IMG/VR virus record: IMGVR_UViG_3300032331_001791 | Span: 28,148-92,147 of that record | DNA length: 64,000 bases | Reading direction: 5' to 3' (one strand) | Origin: a virus | Shown here: one piece after another, positions 30,841 through 41,168 of the stretch | Position numbering within the stretch: position 1 is the first letter of the stretch | Layout: each line of letters opens with the position of its first letter | Position numbers and translations under genes: made by a program | Notes under the pieces: model-generated | What the model was told of the DNA's origin: nothing | What the model saw: the letters and a program-made list of their open reading frames with translations, nothing else | The model's database searches: none

Positions 30841-32747
30841 TTACTCAATTAAATAAAATCGGTCAGGAAATTTTTGAAACCCGCTACGCCTATCCCGGCG
30901 AAACTCGTTGGTCGGAAAGATCAAAGGCAATCGCAAAGGTTGTTGCATCTGCTGAAAAAGATGAAGATAAAGAACGAACTGAAAAAACTTTCTATGAGGC
31001 TATCTCTTCAGGAGATTTTATTCCTGGGGGTCGTATCATTTATGGTGCTGGTCGTAATCAAGGCCGTCAGAATTTACTGAACTGCTTTGTTATTATTCCA
31101 GAGGATAATGTTGATTCCATCGGCAAGACCGTTATGGATATGTACAAGATTTCTTGTGCAGGAGGTGGAGTAGGATTTAATGTTAGCAAGATTCGTCCCA
31201 AGGGTGATGATATTGGTAATGTTCTTAACTCTGCTCCAGGTGCTGTTTCTGTTTTGCAGATGATTAACGAAGTGGGAAACCATGTTCGTTCAGGCAAGAA
31301 TCGTAGAACAGCTTTGATGGGTATTCTTAATGTAACTCACCCAGACATTTTGGAATTCCTCCATGTCAAGCTAGATCAAAAGCAGCTTACTAACTTCAAT
31401 ATTTCTGTTGCTATTACGAATAGATTCCTTGAGGCTGTTGAAAATGATCAGCCCTGGCATTTCACATTTAATAACAAAGAATACTATTGCTTCAATGTTC
31501 GTAGAATTAATTCAGAACAAAATCGAGATGAAGTTGTAACAATAGTTGGACTACATGAACAAGATGTTCTAAACAGAGCTTCAAACTTCCATAAGGTTCA
31601 TTGGATGGATCAGTTTGAAGTTATTGGTAGAAAAGATTTTAAGGCTAGAGATCTTTGGAATAAGATCTGGATAAACGCTGTTGAGAGTGGAGATCCAGGA
31701 GTTTATAATATTGATCTTGCAAACTCTTACACTAATGTTTCCTACTTCGAGCGTCTTGATTCAACCAATCCCTGTGGAGAAATTAGTCTTCCTAGTTATG
31801 GTAACTGCTGCTTAGGAAACATTAATCTCAATAACATGGTTCTAGAAGATAACTCCGATGTAGATTGGAAGCGTCTTGCTCGAACTGTGCGTGCTGGTGT
31901 ACGCTTCCTTGATAATGTTTTGACGGTCAACTCATTTCCAACGGAAGAGTGCCGTCAGGTTGGAGAGCGTTCCCGCCGGATTGGACTAGGCGTTACAGGG
32001 CTGCACTATATGCTCATCAAGCTGGGCATCCGCTACGGCTCTGACAAGTGCCTAGAGTTCCTAGAGCGGCTGTTTGCGACGATTAGGGACGAGGCATATC
32101 TTCAGTCTGTCTATCTCGCAAGAGACAAGTCCCCATTCCCAGCGTTTAATTCTAGCCTTTATCTAAAGGAAGAATTTGCTAAGACTCTTCCTGCTAGAAT
32201 TAGAATGCTTATTAAGGAGCACGGTATTCGTAATGCGGTCATGTTAACCATTCCACCTTGCGGAACTATCTCCATGTTGCATGGAGTTTCAAGTGGCATT
32301 GAACCAATCTTTGCTGCGATGTACAATCGTCGTTGGAGACACGCTAATGTTTGGAAGGAGAGTGTTGTAATTGATCCCCTCTTCCAAGAGTATTATGATA
32401 AGGGTAAGAAGCTTGATGTATTCGTTGGAGCTTATGATGTAACTCCTGAGGAGCATATTAAGGTTCAAGCCACAATCCAAAAGTATATTGATTCATGCAT
32501 TAGCAAAACGATTAACTTGCCAGGAAATGCTAAGGCTGAATCTTTCAAGGACACAGCACTTCAATATGCAGGATACATGAAGGGATTCACAATTTATCGT
32601 GCTGGATCTAAGGGTATGGAACCTCTAGCTGCTATTCCACTAACACAAGAAAATATTGAAAAGTATATGAAGAAACAAGAACTACTCGAAGTAGGAGTTG
32701 CTGACGGCCAAGCCTGTTCAATGGCTGATGGAAGCTGTGGTGGTTGA
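30837..32747 (+). CDS. nrdJ: Ribonucleotide reductase, class II (B12-dependent)
   Basis: PGGRI, NCF, TNPCGE, CCLG, RRIGLG, SSGIEP, SKTIN; C-terminal Cys pair; no small subunit nearby. Confidence 0.85.
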   Translation: MITQLNKIGQEIFETRYAYPGETRWSERSKAIAKVVASAEKDEDKERTEKTFYEAISSGDFIPGGRIIYGAGRNQGRQNLLNCFVIIPEDNVDSIGKTVMDMYKISCAGGGVGFNVSKIRPKGDDIGNVLNSAPGAVSVLQMINEVGNHVRSGKNRRTALMGILNVTHPDILEFLHVKLDQKQLTNFNISVAITNRFLEAVENDQPWHFTFNNKEYYCFNVRRINSEQNRDEVVTIVGLHEQDVLNRASNFHKVHWMDQFEVIGRKDFKARDLWNKIWINAVESGDPGVYNIDLANSYTNVSYFERLDSTNPCGEISLPSYGNCCLGNINLNNMVLEDNSDVDWKRLARTVRAGVRFLDNVLTVNSFPTEECRQVGERSRRIGLGVTGLHYMLIKLGIRYGSDKCLEFLERLFATIRDEAYLQSVYLARDKSPFPAFNSSLYLKEEFAKTLPARIRMLIKEHGIRNAVMLTIPPCGTISMLHGVSSGIEPIFAAMYNRRWRHANVWKESVVIDPLFQEYYDKGKKLDVFVGAYDVTPEEHIKVQATIQKYIDSCISKTINLPGNAKAESFKDTALQYAGYMKGFTIYRAGSKGMEPLAAIPLTQENIEKYMKKQELLEVGVADGQACSMADGSCGG

Positions 32748-33223
32748 TGCCTACTTACGAATATCTTTGTGAAAAATGTGAAATAGTTTGGGAGAAGGAT
32801 GCTGATATAGGTAAAGCTCCTAAAACTATTAAGTGTAAAGAGTGTGAAAAAAGAGTAGGAAGATATTTGTCTGAAATTACATTCTCTTTCAAAGATGATG
32901 GTATGGGATGTTCTACTAACCCAGGAGCTAGAGATTTCTATACAATAAAATCAAGATATAAAAAGTTTAATGAAAAGGGGTATGATAAAACTGCTGCCCA
33001 TACTTTTTATCGAAGATCTATTCGAGAAACAAAGGGAAGAATTACAGATGAAAGTGCTAGATATAAATCTGTAAATATAGATTACCAAAAAATGGGACAA
33101 GACGGAGTATTGAAAAGTGTAGGAGAGAAAAAAGCCAGAGAAAGACAAGAAGGTGCTCGAAGATTCTCTGAAGCAGCCTATAAAAGAGCAGGACTAGATT
33201 ACACCAAAAAGCCTAAACAATAA
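32744..33223 (+). CDS. FmdB-type zinc ribbon protein
   Basis: MPTYEYLCEKC...CKEC. Confidence 0.75.
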   Translation: MMPTYEYLCEKCEIVWEKDADIGKAPKTIKCKECEKRVGRYLSEITFSFKDDGMGCSTNPGARDFYTIKSRYKKFNEKGYDKTAAHTFYRRSIRETKGRITDESARYKSVNIDYQKMGQDGVLKSVGEKKARERQEGARRFSEAAYKRAGLDYTKKPKQ

Positions 33224-33226
33224 ACT

Positions 33227-34537
33227 ATGACATATCAGTTTAACGAGAACATTCAAAGAGCAATTATTTATTTTATGAAGTCTGATAAAGACTTCTATTT
33301 ACAGATTGTAAATCTGGTTAAGCCAGAGTACTTTGAGTTTCCTAGCCATACTAAGATTTTCAATACAGTTGTATCTTATTATGATAAATACCATGAGCTT
33401 CCTTCTGATCTTTTTATTCTTGAAGATCTAAAGAAAACTATAAACGCTAGAGAAAACATTTCTGATTACCAAGATGAGCTTGATTATGTTAATAATCTAG
33501 ATACATCATGCATCAGTAATCCAGACTATGTTGTAGATTTGATTGAGTCTTTTGCTAAAAAAGAGGCTATGAAATCTGCAATTGCAGAAAGTATTACCTT
33601 AATAAAAGAAGATAAGGTTGAAGAAGTAGAATCTATAGTTCGTAAAGCTTTGATGGTTGCACGAACAGTGGATACTGGTCAAAATTATTTTGACGATTTC
33701 TCTGATCGTTGGACAAGAACTCTTTCAAAAGATAAAGACACAAAGAAGTTTAGAACAGTATTTCCTTCCATAGATAAGTCTTTGGACGGTGGTCTTGGAT
33801 CAAAGGAGTTGGCTATGGTTGTTGCTCCTCCTGGTGTTGGTAAATCTTTGTATCTAGTTAATCAAGGTGTTCAATCTTTGATTGATGGAAATAATGTTCT
33901 TTATATCTCGCTTGAGATGAGTGAAGATAAAATCGCTCAGAGATTCGATTCTATCATGTCGCTTGTTCCTCAACAGAAGTTGAAGGATCCTAAGCATCAA
34001 CTTACTGTAAAAGAAAGACTTAATATTTTCCAAAGTACATTTAAAGGACGCTTGATCATCAAGGAATATCCTACTTTGATGGCATCCGTTAATAATATTA
34101 GAAGTCTTTTAGTGCAACTTAAAAGCTATCAAGAGTTTGTTCCGCAGGTCATCATTATTGATTATCTTGAACTCCTACGATCAACTAGAGAGATTCAACA
34201 TGAGTATCAAGCTCAACAGCGCATTGCTGAAGAACTTCGTGGACTTTCAATGGAACAAAATGTTCTAGTTTGGACGGCTACACAAACTAATCGTCAAGGT
34301 AGAACTAAAGCTATTATCACAGATGTTGAACTCGGAGACTCCTATGGTAAGATTCGTCCCTGTGATTTCTCTATGTCTCTAAATCAAACAGAAGAAGAGT
34401 TTGATAATGGTATTATGCGAGTATATATTATGAAGTCTAGAAATGGAGTTCCTCGCTTTCAAGTTCCAGCAAAAGTGGATTACTCTGTTCTTCGTATGAC
34501 TGAATCTACAGATAGATTAGAGGCTAGTAATGATTGA
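33227..34537 (+). CDS. gp41: Replicative helicase (DnaB/gp41-like)
   Basis: APPGVGKS, ISLEMSE, IIDY, TATQTNR, KSRNG. Confidence 0.95.
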   Translation: MTYQFNENIQRAIIYFMKSDKDFYLQIVNLVKPEYFEFPSHTKIFNTVVSYYDKYHELPSDLFILEDLKKTINARENISDYQDELDYVNNLDTSCISNPDYVVDLIESFAKKEAMKSAIAESITLIKEDKVEEVESIVRKALMVARTVDTGQNYFDDFSDRWTRTLSKDKDTKKFRTVFPSIDKSLDGGLGSKELAMVVAPPGVGKSLYLVNQGVQSLIDGNNVLYISLEMSEDKIAQRFDSIMSLVPQQKLKDPKHQLTVKERLNIFQSTFKGRLIIKEYPTLMASVNNIRSLLVQLKSYQEFVPQVIIIDYLELLRSTREIQHEYQAQQRIAEELRGLSMEQNVLVWTATQTNRQGRTKAIITDVELGDSYGKIRPCDFSMSLNQTEEEFDNGIMRVYIMKSRNGVPRFQVPAKVDYSVLRMTESTDRLEASND

Positions 34538-34853
34538 TATAGATGCAGAAATAAATCCATATAATGTTTTCTTAAGAGGGACTACCTTTTATAATAAATT
34601 TAGTACAAGGATAGGGGATGTTTGGGGATTTGATGATCCTAGAAATTATAAATTTATTATAGAAAAAGAAGGCGTAAACTATTATAAGATATCTGTCCCC
34701 TTTGGATTAGTAGAATCAAAACAATCTAACCCTAGTAAGTACTCTTATTTAGGAGAGCCCGGGGATGTTGTTGCAATAGATAGAAACTTTACCTTTGTAT
34801 ACATAAGTAAAGATAAGTTTAATTCTTATTTCCCTGGTATATTAAATCTATGA
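34530..34853 (+). CDS. Hypothetical protein
   Basis: Overlap-coupled ORF within the operon. Confidence 0.5.
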   Translation: MIDIDAEINPYNVFLRGTTFYNKFSTRIGDVWGFDDPRNYKFIIEKEGVNYYKISVPFGLVESKQSNPSKYSYLGEPGDVVAIDRNFTFVYISKDKFNSYFPGILNL

Positions 34854-35281
34854 AGAGTCTACAAGAATCTCTTAAACATTTTAACTGGGAAACTTATCAT
34901 ATTATTAGTGATGAGTTACTTAAATTTGACGATCATAGCATAGATTCCGAGCTTTCTAGACAAGCATCGGTATACTCGTACTATCATGCTCTTATGGCCT
35001 TTGCCAAGAAAGAGCTATCAGACGCTGAAAACAAGCACACTCAACTGATGTCTCAACTTCGTAAGGAGAAGCGTATTGAGGGAGGCGGTAAGCTTACTGC
35101 CAAGGATCTTGATGATGCTGTACTTTGCGATGAACAACTAAAAGAACACCAAGATCTAGTCAATGACCTTGAATTTCGTTATGAGTTATTGAAGGGCTTG
35201 GTTAGGGCACTAGAGCAGAAGAAAGATATGCTGCAACAAGTGTCCGCTAACAAACGAGAAGAAACTAAACTTTACAAGTAA
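34850..35281 (+). CDS. uvsY: Recombination mediator, UvsY-like
   Basis: Helical 143 aa; ID.EL..QA..Y.YY; between helicase and SSB. Confidence 0.7.
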   Translation: MKSLQESLKHFNWETYHIISDELLKFDDHSIDSELSRQASVYSYYHALMAFAKKELSDAENKHTQLMSQLRKEKRIEGGGKLTAKDLDDAVLCDEQLKEHQDLVNDLEFRYELLKGLVRALEQKKDMLQQVSANKREETKLYK

Positions 35282-35293
35282 CAGGAGTTAACT

Positions 35294-36046
35294 ATGGGTA
35301 AGATTGATCTCGAAGCACTGCGTAAGAAGCACGAAGAACTGAACAAGAAGAGTGGTGGTGGAGGAAATAATGACTTCATCAAGAATTTTTATCAGGTGAA
35401 GGAAGGTAGTAACAATGTTCGCATCCTTCCTTGGAAGTCTGAAGATAGACAATTTTATGCGGAGACCAAGATTCACCGCATTCCTATGGAGAATGGGCAA
35501 GTAAAGAATGTACATTGCCGTAAGGTGCATAATGAAAAATGCCCCCTGTGTGATCTGTACTATTCTCTTTGGAAGACTGGTAAGAAGGAGGACGAGGCTC
35601 TAGCACGCCAAATCAAGCCTCGTTCTCGTTATTATATGAACATCATGGATCGAGATACCGCTGAAGTTAAGATCCTTTCTATCGGTGAGATCCTCTTCAA
35701 GAAGATCGTAGCTGCTATGATTGATCCTGATTTTGGTGATATTACAGATCCTGATAAGGGTCACGATTTCAAGATCGTGAAGCAAATGGAAGGGCAGTGG
35801 CCTCGCTACGATCAGTCCCAACCTCGCCCTAAATCATCTCCTCTCGGCACTAAGGCCGAAATTGCAAAGGTTATGGATACTCTCCACGATATCCATGCCC
35901 TTGTGAAGACCGAAGAGTACGATGCTGTGAAGCAGATTGCGGAGACTCTCGCCGTTGGCGGTAAGTTGAAGCCTTCCGATACTTCGAGTGAAGAGGGTGG
36001 TGATGAAGAAGGTGGTGGAGATTATATTTCTAAACTACGGAGTTGA
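35294..36046 (+). CDS. gp32: Single-stranded DNA-binding protein (gp32-like)
   Basis: VRILP, H..C...CPLC, DITDP..G.DF, Y..S; acidic tail. Confidence 0.9.
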   Translation: MGKIDLEALRKKHEELNKKSGGGGNNDFIKNFYQVKEGSNNVRILPWKSEDRQFYAETKIHRIPMENGQVKNVHCRKVHNEKCPLCDLYYSLWKTGKKEDEALARQIKPRSRYYMNIMDRDTAEVKILSIGEILFKKIVAAMIDPDFGDITDPDKGHDFKIVKQMEGQWPRYDQSQPRPKSSPLGTKAEIAKVMDTLHDIHALVKTEEYDAVKQIAETLAVGGKLKPSDTSSEEGGDEEGGGDYISKLRS

Positions 36047-36049
36047 TAA

Positions 36050-36679
36050 ATGATAAAGAAGATAATTTTTGCAACAGTCCTGTGTCTAGGACTAACCTCA
36101 TGCCCAGGAATTCCTTGGACAGAGGAGCCGGAAACCCCAATTCAACCTCTGGTTATTACAGAATCTAACAATGTAAAACCTGAGGCGGTTGCTGCTCAAA
36201 CAGCAGTTCCTATTCCGATTGAATCTCTTGGAGGAGATGTTGGGGATGCACTTAAGACTGAGTTTGCCAAGCGCGGAACGCAACCTATGCTGACTAGCGC
36301 GGAGCATACTCTGAATACTCCAGGAGCTATGGTGGTTACTTTAGATGCAAACGCAACTAAAGAGATCCTTTCTCCTAGCACTCTTAGCCTAATAACTAAT
36401 GTTGTTGGTGGAGCAGTTCCGGGTTCTCAGCCTTGGATGCAGCTTCTCTTGGTAATTCTACCGTTCTTATCTAGCAGATTCCGTAAGCACACTGTTACGG
36501 CTGTTAAGCGTGTGGTTCCTGGAATTGAAGGACCAAACAATGATGGTAAGATGCCAGACTTCAATGACATTAGAGAGATGGTACACGACCTGACTAAGGC
36601 AGTAACCTTAGCTCCAGTCGAAAGCCAGGATGTTATTACATCAAAGCCTTCAACAAAAAGTTCAATTATTGAAGGTTGA
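36050..36679 (+). CDS. Putative lipoprotein/membrane protein
   Basis: Signal peptide with lipobox-like LTSC; internal hydrophobic segment. Confidence 0.6.
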   Translation: MIKKIIFATVLCLGLTSCPGIPWTEEPETPIQPLVITESNNVKPEAVAAQTAVPIPIESLGGDVGDALKTEFAKRGTQPMLTSAEHTLNTPGAMVVTLDANATKEILSPSTLSLITNVVGGAVPGSQPWMQLLLVILPFLSSRFRKHTVTAVKRVVPGIEGPNNDGKMPDFNDIREMVHDLTKAVTLAPVESQDVITSKPSTKSSIIEG

Positions 36680-36696
36680 TTAAAATTTGAACTATG

Positions 36697-36734
36697 ATAA
36701 GGGTAAGGTTAATAGCCTTACCCTTATTTTTTTT
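36697..36734 (+). terminator. Intrinsic terminator
   Basis: ATAAGGGTAAGGTT-AAT-AGCCTTACCCTTAT plus T run. Confidence 0.8.
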
Positions 36735-36736
36735 AT

Positions 36737-37909
36737 ATGAGTGAAAAATTAAAGATATTAGCTTGCCCAGCAAATGAAGGTGGCTGTGCTTATTACAGAA
36801 TAATTGCTCCATACAATAAATTAGCAGAACTTTATCCAGATAAGGTTGAAGTTAGAATGGATTTCAATCCATTAGGAATGGATGCAAAAACTGGACAATG
36901 GATTCCTGATTTTAAATTTGAAAATTTAAAATGGGCTGATGTTGTTGTCGTAGGAAATCTAAGTAATTTTGGTGGAAATTATACTGCACGAATAGTTGGA
37001 AAGGCTAAAGAGTTTGGTAAGTTTGTACATTATGATACTGATGATTTACTTACCGATTTATATGAAGGGCACAGATTATATGGTGTCTATAAAGAAAAGG
37101 GTCTTGGAGACATAACCAAGTTTATTTATCACCATTCAGATTTAGTTTCTGTAACACAAAAAAAGTTTGCGGATAGGATAAAACCATATTGCAAAAGTGT
37201 ACTAGCTGTTATCAAGAATGCTGTAGATTATAATTTACCTTGCTGGAATATGCCAAAACCAAAGATAAAGAAAAACTATTGTAGATTTGGGTGGGCTGGC
37301 GGGATTCACCATGAGCAAGATCTTCATGTGTTTACAGGAGTTCCAGCCATGGTTAATGCAAGAGTAGGAATACAAAACTGTAGATGGGATTTTATTGGTC
37401 ATCCACCCCCAGACACATCCAAAGATGATTGGCAAATAAAAGTATGGGAAAATTATAGAAAACACTTTACACTAGGGATGAAAGGTCCTATTAATTGGGG
37501 TATTCATTATGCTTTGCCAACAGATAGATATGGAATATTCTTTACTCAAATGGATGTCGCACTAGCCCCACTTGAGATGAATGCTTTCAATGATAGTAAA
37601 TCTGAAATAAAAATAGCAGAGTGTGGTAGATATAAAATTCCATTGATCGCTTCTAATGTTGGATGTTATGATGAATGGATAGTAAATGGTAAGACAGGCT
37701 TCCTAATTCCACCTGATGCCCCTAAAACTGAATGGGTTCGCATATTGACACTCGTAGCTAAAAATAAGGAACTAAGGGAGGGTATGGGAGAAGAGCTTCA
37801 TAAGATCACTGAAGCCAATTTTGACCTGAATAAAAATGTAGGATTTAGATTAGACTTATATAACAAATTAATGAGAAAAGTTGAGGTGTCAGCAAATGGA
37901 CAAGAATGA
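36737..37909 (+). CDS. Glycosyltransferase (GT-B, GT4-like)
   Basis: GCAYYR..P, DTDD, GWAGG..H..D, APL...FN..KS..K..E, IASNV. Confidence 0.9.
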   Translation: MSEKLKILACPANEGGCAYYRIIAPYNKLAELYPDKVEVRMDFNPLGMDAKTGQWIPDFKFENLKWADVVVVGNLSNFGGNYTARIVGKAKEFGKFVHYDTDDLLTDLYEGHRLYGVYKEKGLGDITKFIYHHSDLVSVTQKKFADRIKPYCKSVLAVIKNAVDYNLPCWNMPKPKIKKNYCRFGWAGGIHHEQDLHVFTGVPAMVNARVGIQNCRWDFIGHPPPDTSKDDWQIKVWENYRKHFTLGMKGPINWGIHYALPTDRYGIFFTQMDVALAPLEMNAFNDSKSEIKIAECGRYKIPLIASNVGCYDEWIVNGKTGFLIPPDAPKTEWVRILTLVAKNKELREGMGEELHKITEANFDLNKNVGFRLDLYNKLMRKVEVSANGQE

Positions 37910-38498
37910 ATTGATGACGGTTGTAATTAGAACAATAGGAAGACCTACTCTAAAAAATGCTATAGAATCTGCTTTAACTGAGTTTGGAAGAGTTGTTGTT
38001 GTCGCTGATGCTATAGATTTAGATTTTTCTACACTACCGAAAGATAATGTGGTTTATCTAAAAACTGGATGGAAATTTGATAAGTATGGAAGTGCTGCTA
38101 TCAATATGGGAGCATATGCTTGCTCAACTCCTTATTTTTGTCTATTAGACGATGACGATGAATTTGCTCCTGGGGCTGGAGAATATATGAAAAATAAAGT
38201 TTTTTCTGAACCAGATATTGATATTTGGATTCCTGGGCTACAATTTAACAATGGATTGCAACTATGTCTTGACTCAAAGAGAGGAGTTGAGATGGGTAAT
38301 GTAGCAGTTCCAACATACAAGACTAAGCTATTATTCTTGCTGCCCTTCTATAAGGGCCTTGTAGGACAGAATGCAGATTATACTGACTGTCATCACTTGA
38401 TGGTTTTAGAAAAGCTTGGAGCAAAAATTAAGTGGTATGAAAAACTATTATATTTAGTAAGACCTAAATTGGAAGGTACAAACGGAAGAGGATTATGA
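37896..38498 (+). CDS. Glycosyltransferase (GT-A, GT2-like)
   Basis: VVIRTIGR..L..AIES, LDDDD. Confidence 0.8.
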   Translation: MDKNELMTVVIRTIGRPTLKNAIESALTEFGRVVVVADAIDLDFSTLPKDNVVYLKTGWKFDKYGSAAINMGAYACSTPYFCLLDDDDEFAPGAGEYMKNKVFSEPDIDIWIPGLQFNNGLQLCLDSKRGVEMGNVAVPTYKTKLLFLLPFYKGLVGQNADYTDCHHLMVLEKLGAKIKWYEKLLYLVRPKLEGTNGRGL

Positions 38499-39187
38499 TA
38501 ACTTTAATTTGTTCAAATTATAATTCTGATAAATGGATTGATGGATATTTAGAAAGCTTAAATTCTCAAATATTAAATAAATTTAGTATAATATTTGTTG
38601 ACGCTAATTCTTCAGATGGATCTCTTGAAAAAATAAAGAAATTTAATTTTCGTCAAGGAATACAAGTAAAAATTATTGAATATAAGACAAAAATTGGATT
38701 ATATGATGCTTGGAATGCTGCAATAGATTTATCTGAAACAGATTATGTAATGAATTATAATACTGATGATAGATTATTTCCAGCAGCACTACTAGCTTTA
38801 ACTTCATATGCTATAAAGTATCCTGAAGTGGATATTTTTTATCAAAATGCATTTGTAACTTATTCTGAAAAACATGATTCTTTAGATAGTTATTTTATTT
38901 TTGAAAAAAATCATACACATGAAAAACTTTTAAATGGATGTTATTGTGGACCATTCCCGCTTTTAAAAAAGAAAGCATTAGAAAGTGTTGGAAAATTTAA
39001 TCAGAAATATACAATGTCTGGAGATTATGATATGTGGCTAAGATTGTCTAAGGCGAGGAAAAAATTCTATAGAATAGATGAATATTTAGGATCATATTAT
39101 AGAAATCCAACAGGATTGAGCACAAATCCAGAAACCAGGAATAAACAATGGTTAGAAGATTGTGAAATTAGGGAACTAAATAAATGA
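38495..39187 (+). CDS. Glycosyltransferase family 2
   Basis: VDANSSDGS, AWN, NTDD, GDYDMWLR. Confidence 0.9.
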   Translation: MITLICSNYNSDKWIDGYLESLNSQILNKFSIIFVDANSSDGSLEKIKKFNFRQGIQVKIIEYKTKIGLYDAWNAAIDLSETDYVMNYNTDDRLFPAALLALTSYAIKYPEVDIFYQNAFVTYSEKHDSLDSYFIFEKNHTHEKLLNGCYCGPFPLLKKKALESVGKFNQKYTMSGDYDMWLRLSKARKKFYRIDEYLGSYYRNPTGLSTNPETRNKQWLEDCEIRELNK

Positions 39188-39744
39188 AAAAACTATCAAT
39201 ACTAATTTTATCTTTAGAAAACCGAAAAAGTTATTTAGATAGATTATTGACTATCTTAAATCCTCAAATAACTGAAGAAGTTGAAGTTCTAATAGAGTTA
39301 GATAAAGGTGAATCTTCTATAGGTAAAAAGCGTAATAATCTTCTTCAGAAAAGCTGCGGAGATTATATTTGTTTTGTAGATGATGATGATTTAGTTTCAC
39401 ACGATTATGTTTCTAAAATTCTTAAAGCTATAGAAAAAAATCCTGATGTGGTTGGGATGCATTTACTACATTTCAATGATAATCAATTAGCAGGATTTAC
39501 TTACCACAGTTTAAACTACAGAACTTGGTTTGAAAATAGAGATTTGACACTAGGATTCATGAGATATTACAGAAATCCAAATCACTTGAATCCCGTGAAA
39601 CGAGAATATGCTTTAAATGTTGGATTCCCTGAAATTTCTATGGGAGAAGATAAAGTATATTCGCAAAATATTTTAAGATACTTAAACAAAGAACAGTATA
39701 TTTTTGAACCAATATACTATTATATGTTTAGGAGTATAAAATGA
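39184..39744 (+). CDS. Glycosyltransferase family 2
   Basis: KRN.L, GDYICFVDDDD, GED. Confidence 0.9.
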   Translation: MKKLSILILSLENRKSYLDRLLTILNPQITEEVEVLIELDKGESSIGKKRNNLLQKSCGDYICFVDDDDLVSHDYVSKILKAIEKNPDVVGMHLLHFNDNQLAGFTYHSLNYRTWFENRDLTLGFMRYYRNPNHLNPVKREYALNVGFPEISMGEDKVYSQNILRYLNKEQYIFEPIYYYMFRSIK

Positions 39745-40433
39745 CTTACTATTACCCTCAGGGAAATGCATACGATATAATACAACAAGATGTAGAATCT
39801 AATTTTAATGTTTTAATTAATAAATCTAAGGAAGATATAAAAAATATAGTGATTATTGGTGCTTACCATGGATATGAAATAAATCGGTTGTTATATTATT
39901 ATCCTAATTGCACTATTTATGCTTTTGAAGCAGTTCCCCAGCACTATCAAATATTATCAAAAACATTTGCTCATAATTCTAGAGTAAAAACATTTAACAA
40001 AGCAATATCTGATGTTATTGAAGAAACAGATTTTTTTGAACTCGGGAATGGCGGGGAAGGTTCAGGTTCACTGCTAAAATTCACAGGAACTGAATTAGGT
40101 CACCCATTCAAAATAAAAGAAATATTAAAAATAAAAACTACTACACTTAAAGAAGAATTACAAGATTTAAAAATAGATTTATTATGGGTAGATGTACAAG
40201 GTGCAGAGTTGAAAGTATTAAAAGGCGCAAACTTACATAATTATGAATCTTTATTTTTAGAAATTCATACACATGATTTTATTAATGTTTGGGATAAACA
40301 ATTATATGAAGGTCAATGTTATAAAGAAGACTTAGAATCCTATTTGTCAGATTTTGCCCTGCATTCAATAGGACTAGATAATTCTGCGGGTAATGGGCAA
40401 GGTAATTCTTTTTGGATTAAGAAATCACTGTGA
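39741..40433 (+). CDS. FkbM-family methyltransferase
   Basis: IGAYHG, YAFEA.P, IDLLWVDVQGAELKVLKG. Confidence 0.9.
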   Translation: MTYYYPQGNAYDIIQQDVESNFNVLINKSKEDIKNIVIIGAYHGYEINRLLYYYPNCTIYAFEAVPQHYQILSKTFAHNSRVKTFNKAISDVIEETDFFELGNGGEGSGSLLKFTGTELGHPFKIKEILKIKTTTLKEELQDLKIDLLWVDVQGAELKVLKGANLHNYESLFLEIHTHDFINVWDKQLYEGQCYKEDLESYLSDFALHSIGLDNSAGNGQGNSFWIKKSL

Positions 40434-41167
40434 AAAAATTATTATTAATTCAGCCCGGAGCTTTTGGAGATATTTTTGTTTGTGCTCCAATAGCAAAATG
40501 GTATTACGATAAAGGATACGAAGTTCATTGGCCTGTTACACAAAAATTTATACCTACTCTAAGTTATTTTGACTATGTAAAACCAATTATTTTATCTGAA
40601 GAAGTTTTACACCCTGATTGGCTCAGATCCGATGTAATGAAAATCTTACCTATATTAGATCAGTATGATAAAGTATTAAATTTAGCCGACAGAGGTCCGC
40701 ACCCAACTGCACAACGAATAGGTTTAGAAAATTTTGAACAATGTAAATATAGATTATCAGAAGTCCCTTTTACAGAAAAAAATAATTTAATATGGAAAAG
40801 AAATATTAAAAAAGAAGAAGAGTTAATAAAAAAACTTCAAATAGATGTAACTAAACCTTATGCTTTAGTTCATAATATTGATTCAAGAAATGAATCTTCT
40901 ATACTGCCAAAAATAAATATTCCTATTATACAAGTAACACAGGTAAAAGACTATAATATATTAGATTGGTACAGTATTATTCTTAATGCAAAAGAGATAT
41001 ACTGTTTAGAAAGTTCAATCCATCAATTTATTGATGGATTTATTACTACTTTAAAAAGTAGTAATTATTTATTAAAAAGACCTGTAACAGAAGAAGGATG
41101 TAGATTTACAGTGTCTTCAAATTGGAAGCTAGATTACATAGGAAAAAATTCAATAATAAGAGGATAA
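40430..41167 (+). CDS. Glycosyltransferase-like protein (GT9-like fold)
   Basis: QPGAFGDI...PIAK; DW..II.NA.EI..ESS. Confidence 0.6.
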   Translation: MKKLLLIQPGAFGDIFVCAPIAKWYYDKGYEVHWPVTQKFIPTLSYFDYVKPIILSEEVLHPDWLRSDVMKILPILDQYDKVLNLADRGPHPTAQRIGLENFEQCKYRLSEVPFTEKNNLIWKRNIKKEEELIKKLQIDVTKPYALVHNIDSRNESSILPKINIPIIQVTQVKDYNILDWYSIILNAKEIYCLESSIHQFIDGFITTLKSSNYLLKRPVTEEGCRFTVSSNWKLDYIGKNSIIRG

Positions 41168-41168
41168 T

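Noticed and set aside
30837-32747. Intein in the RNR, or class I assignment
   Set aside because: Length is normal, no splice motifs, and no small-subunit gene nearby
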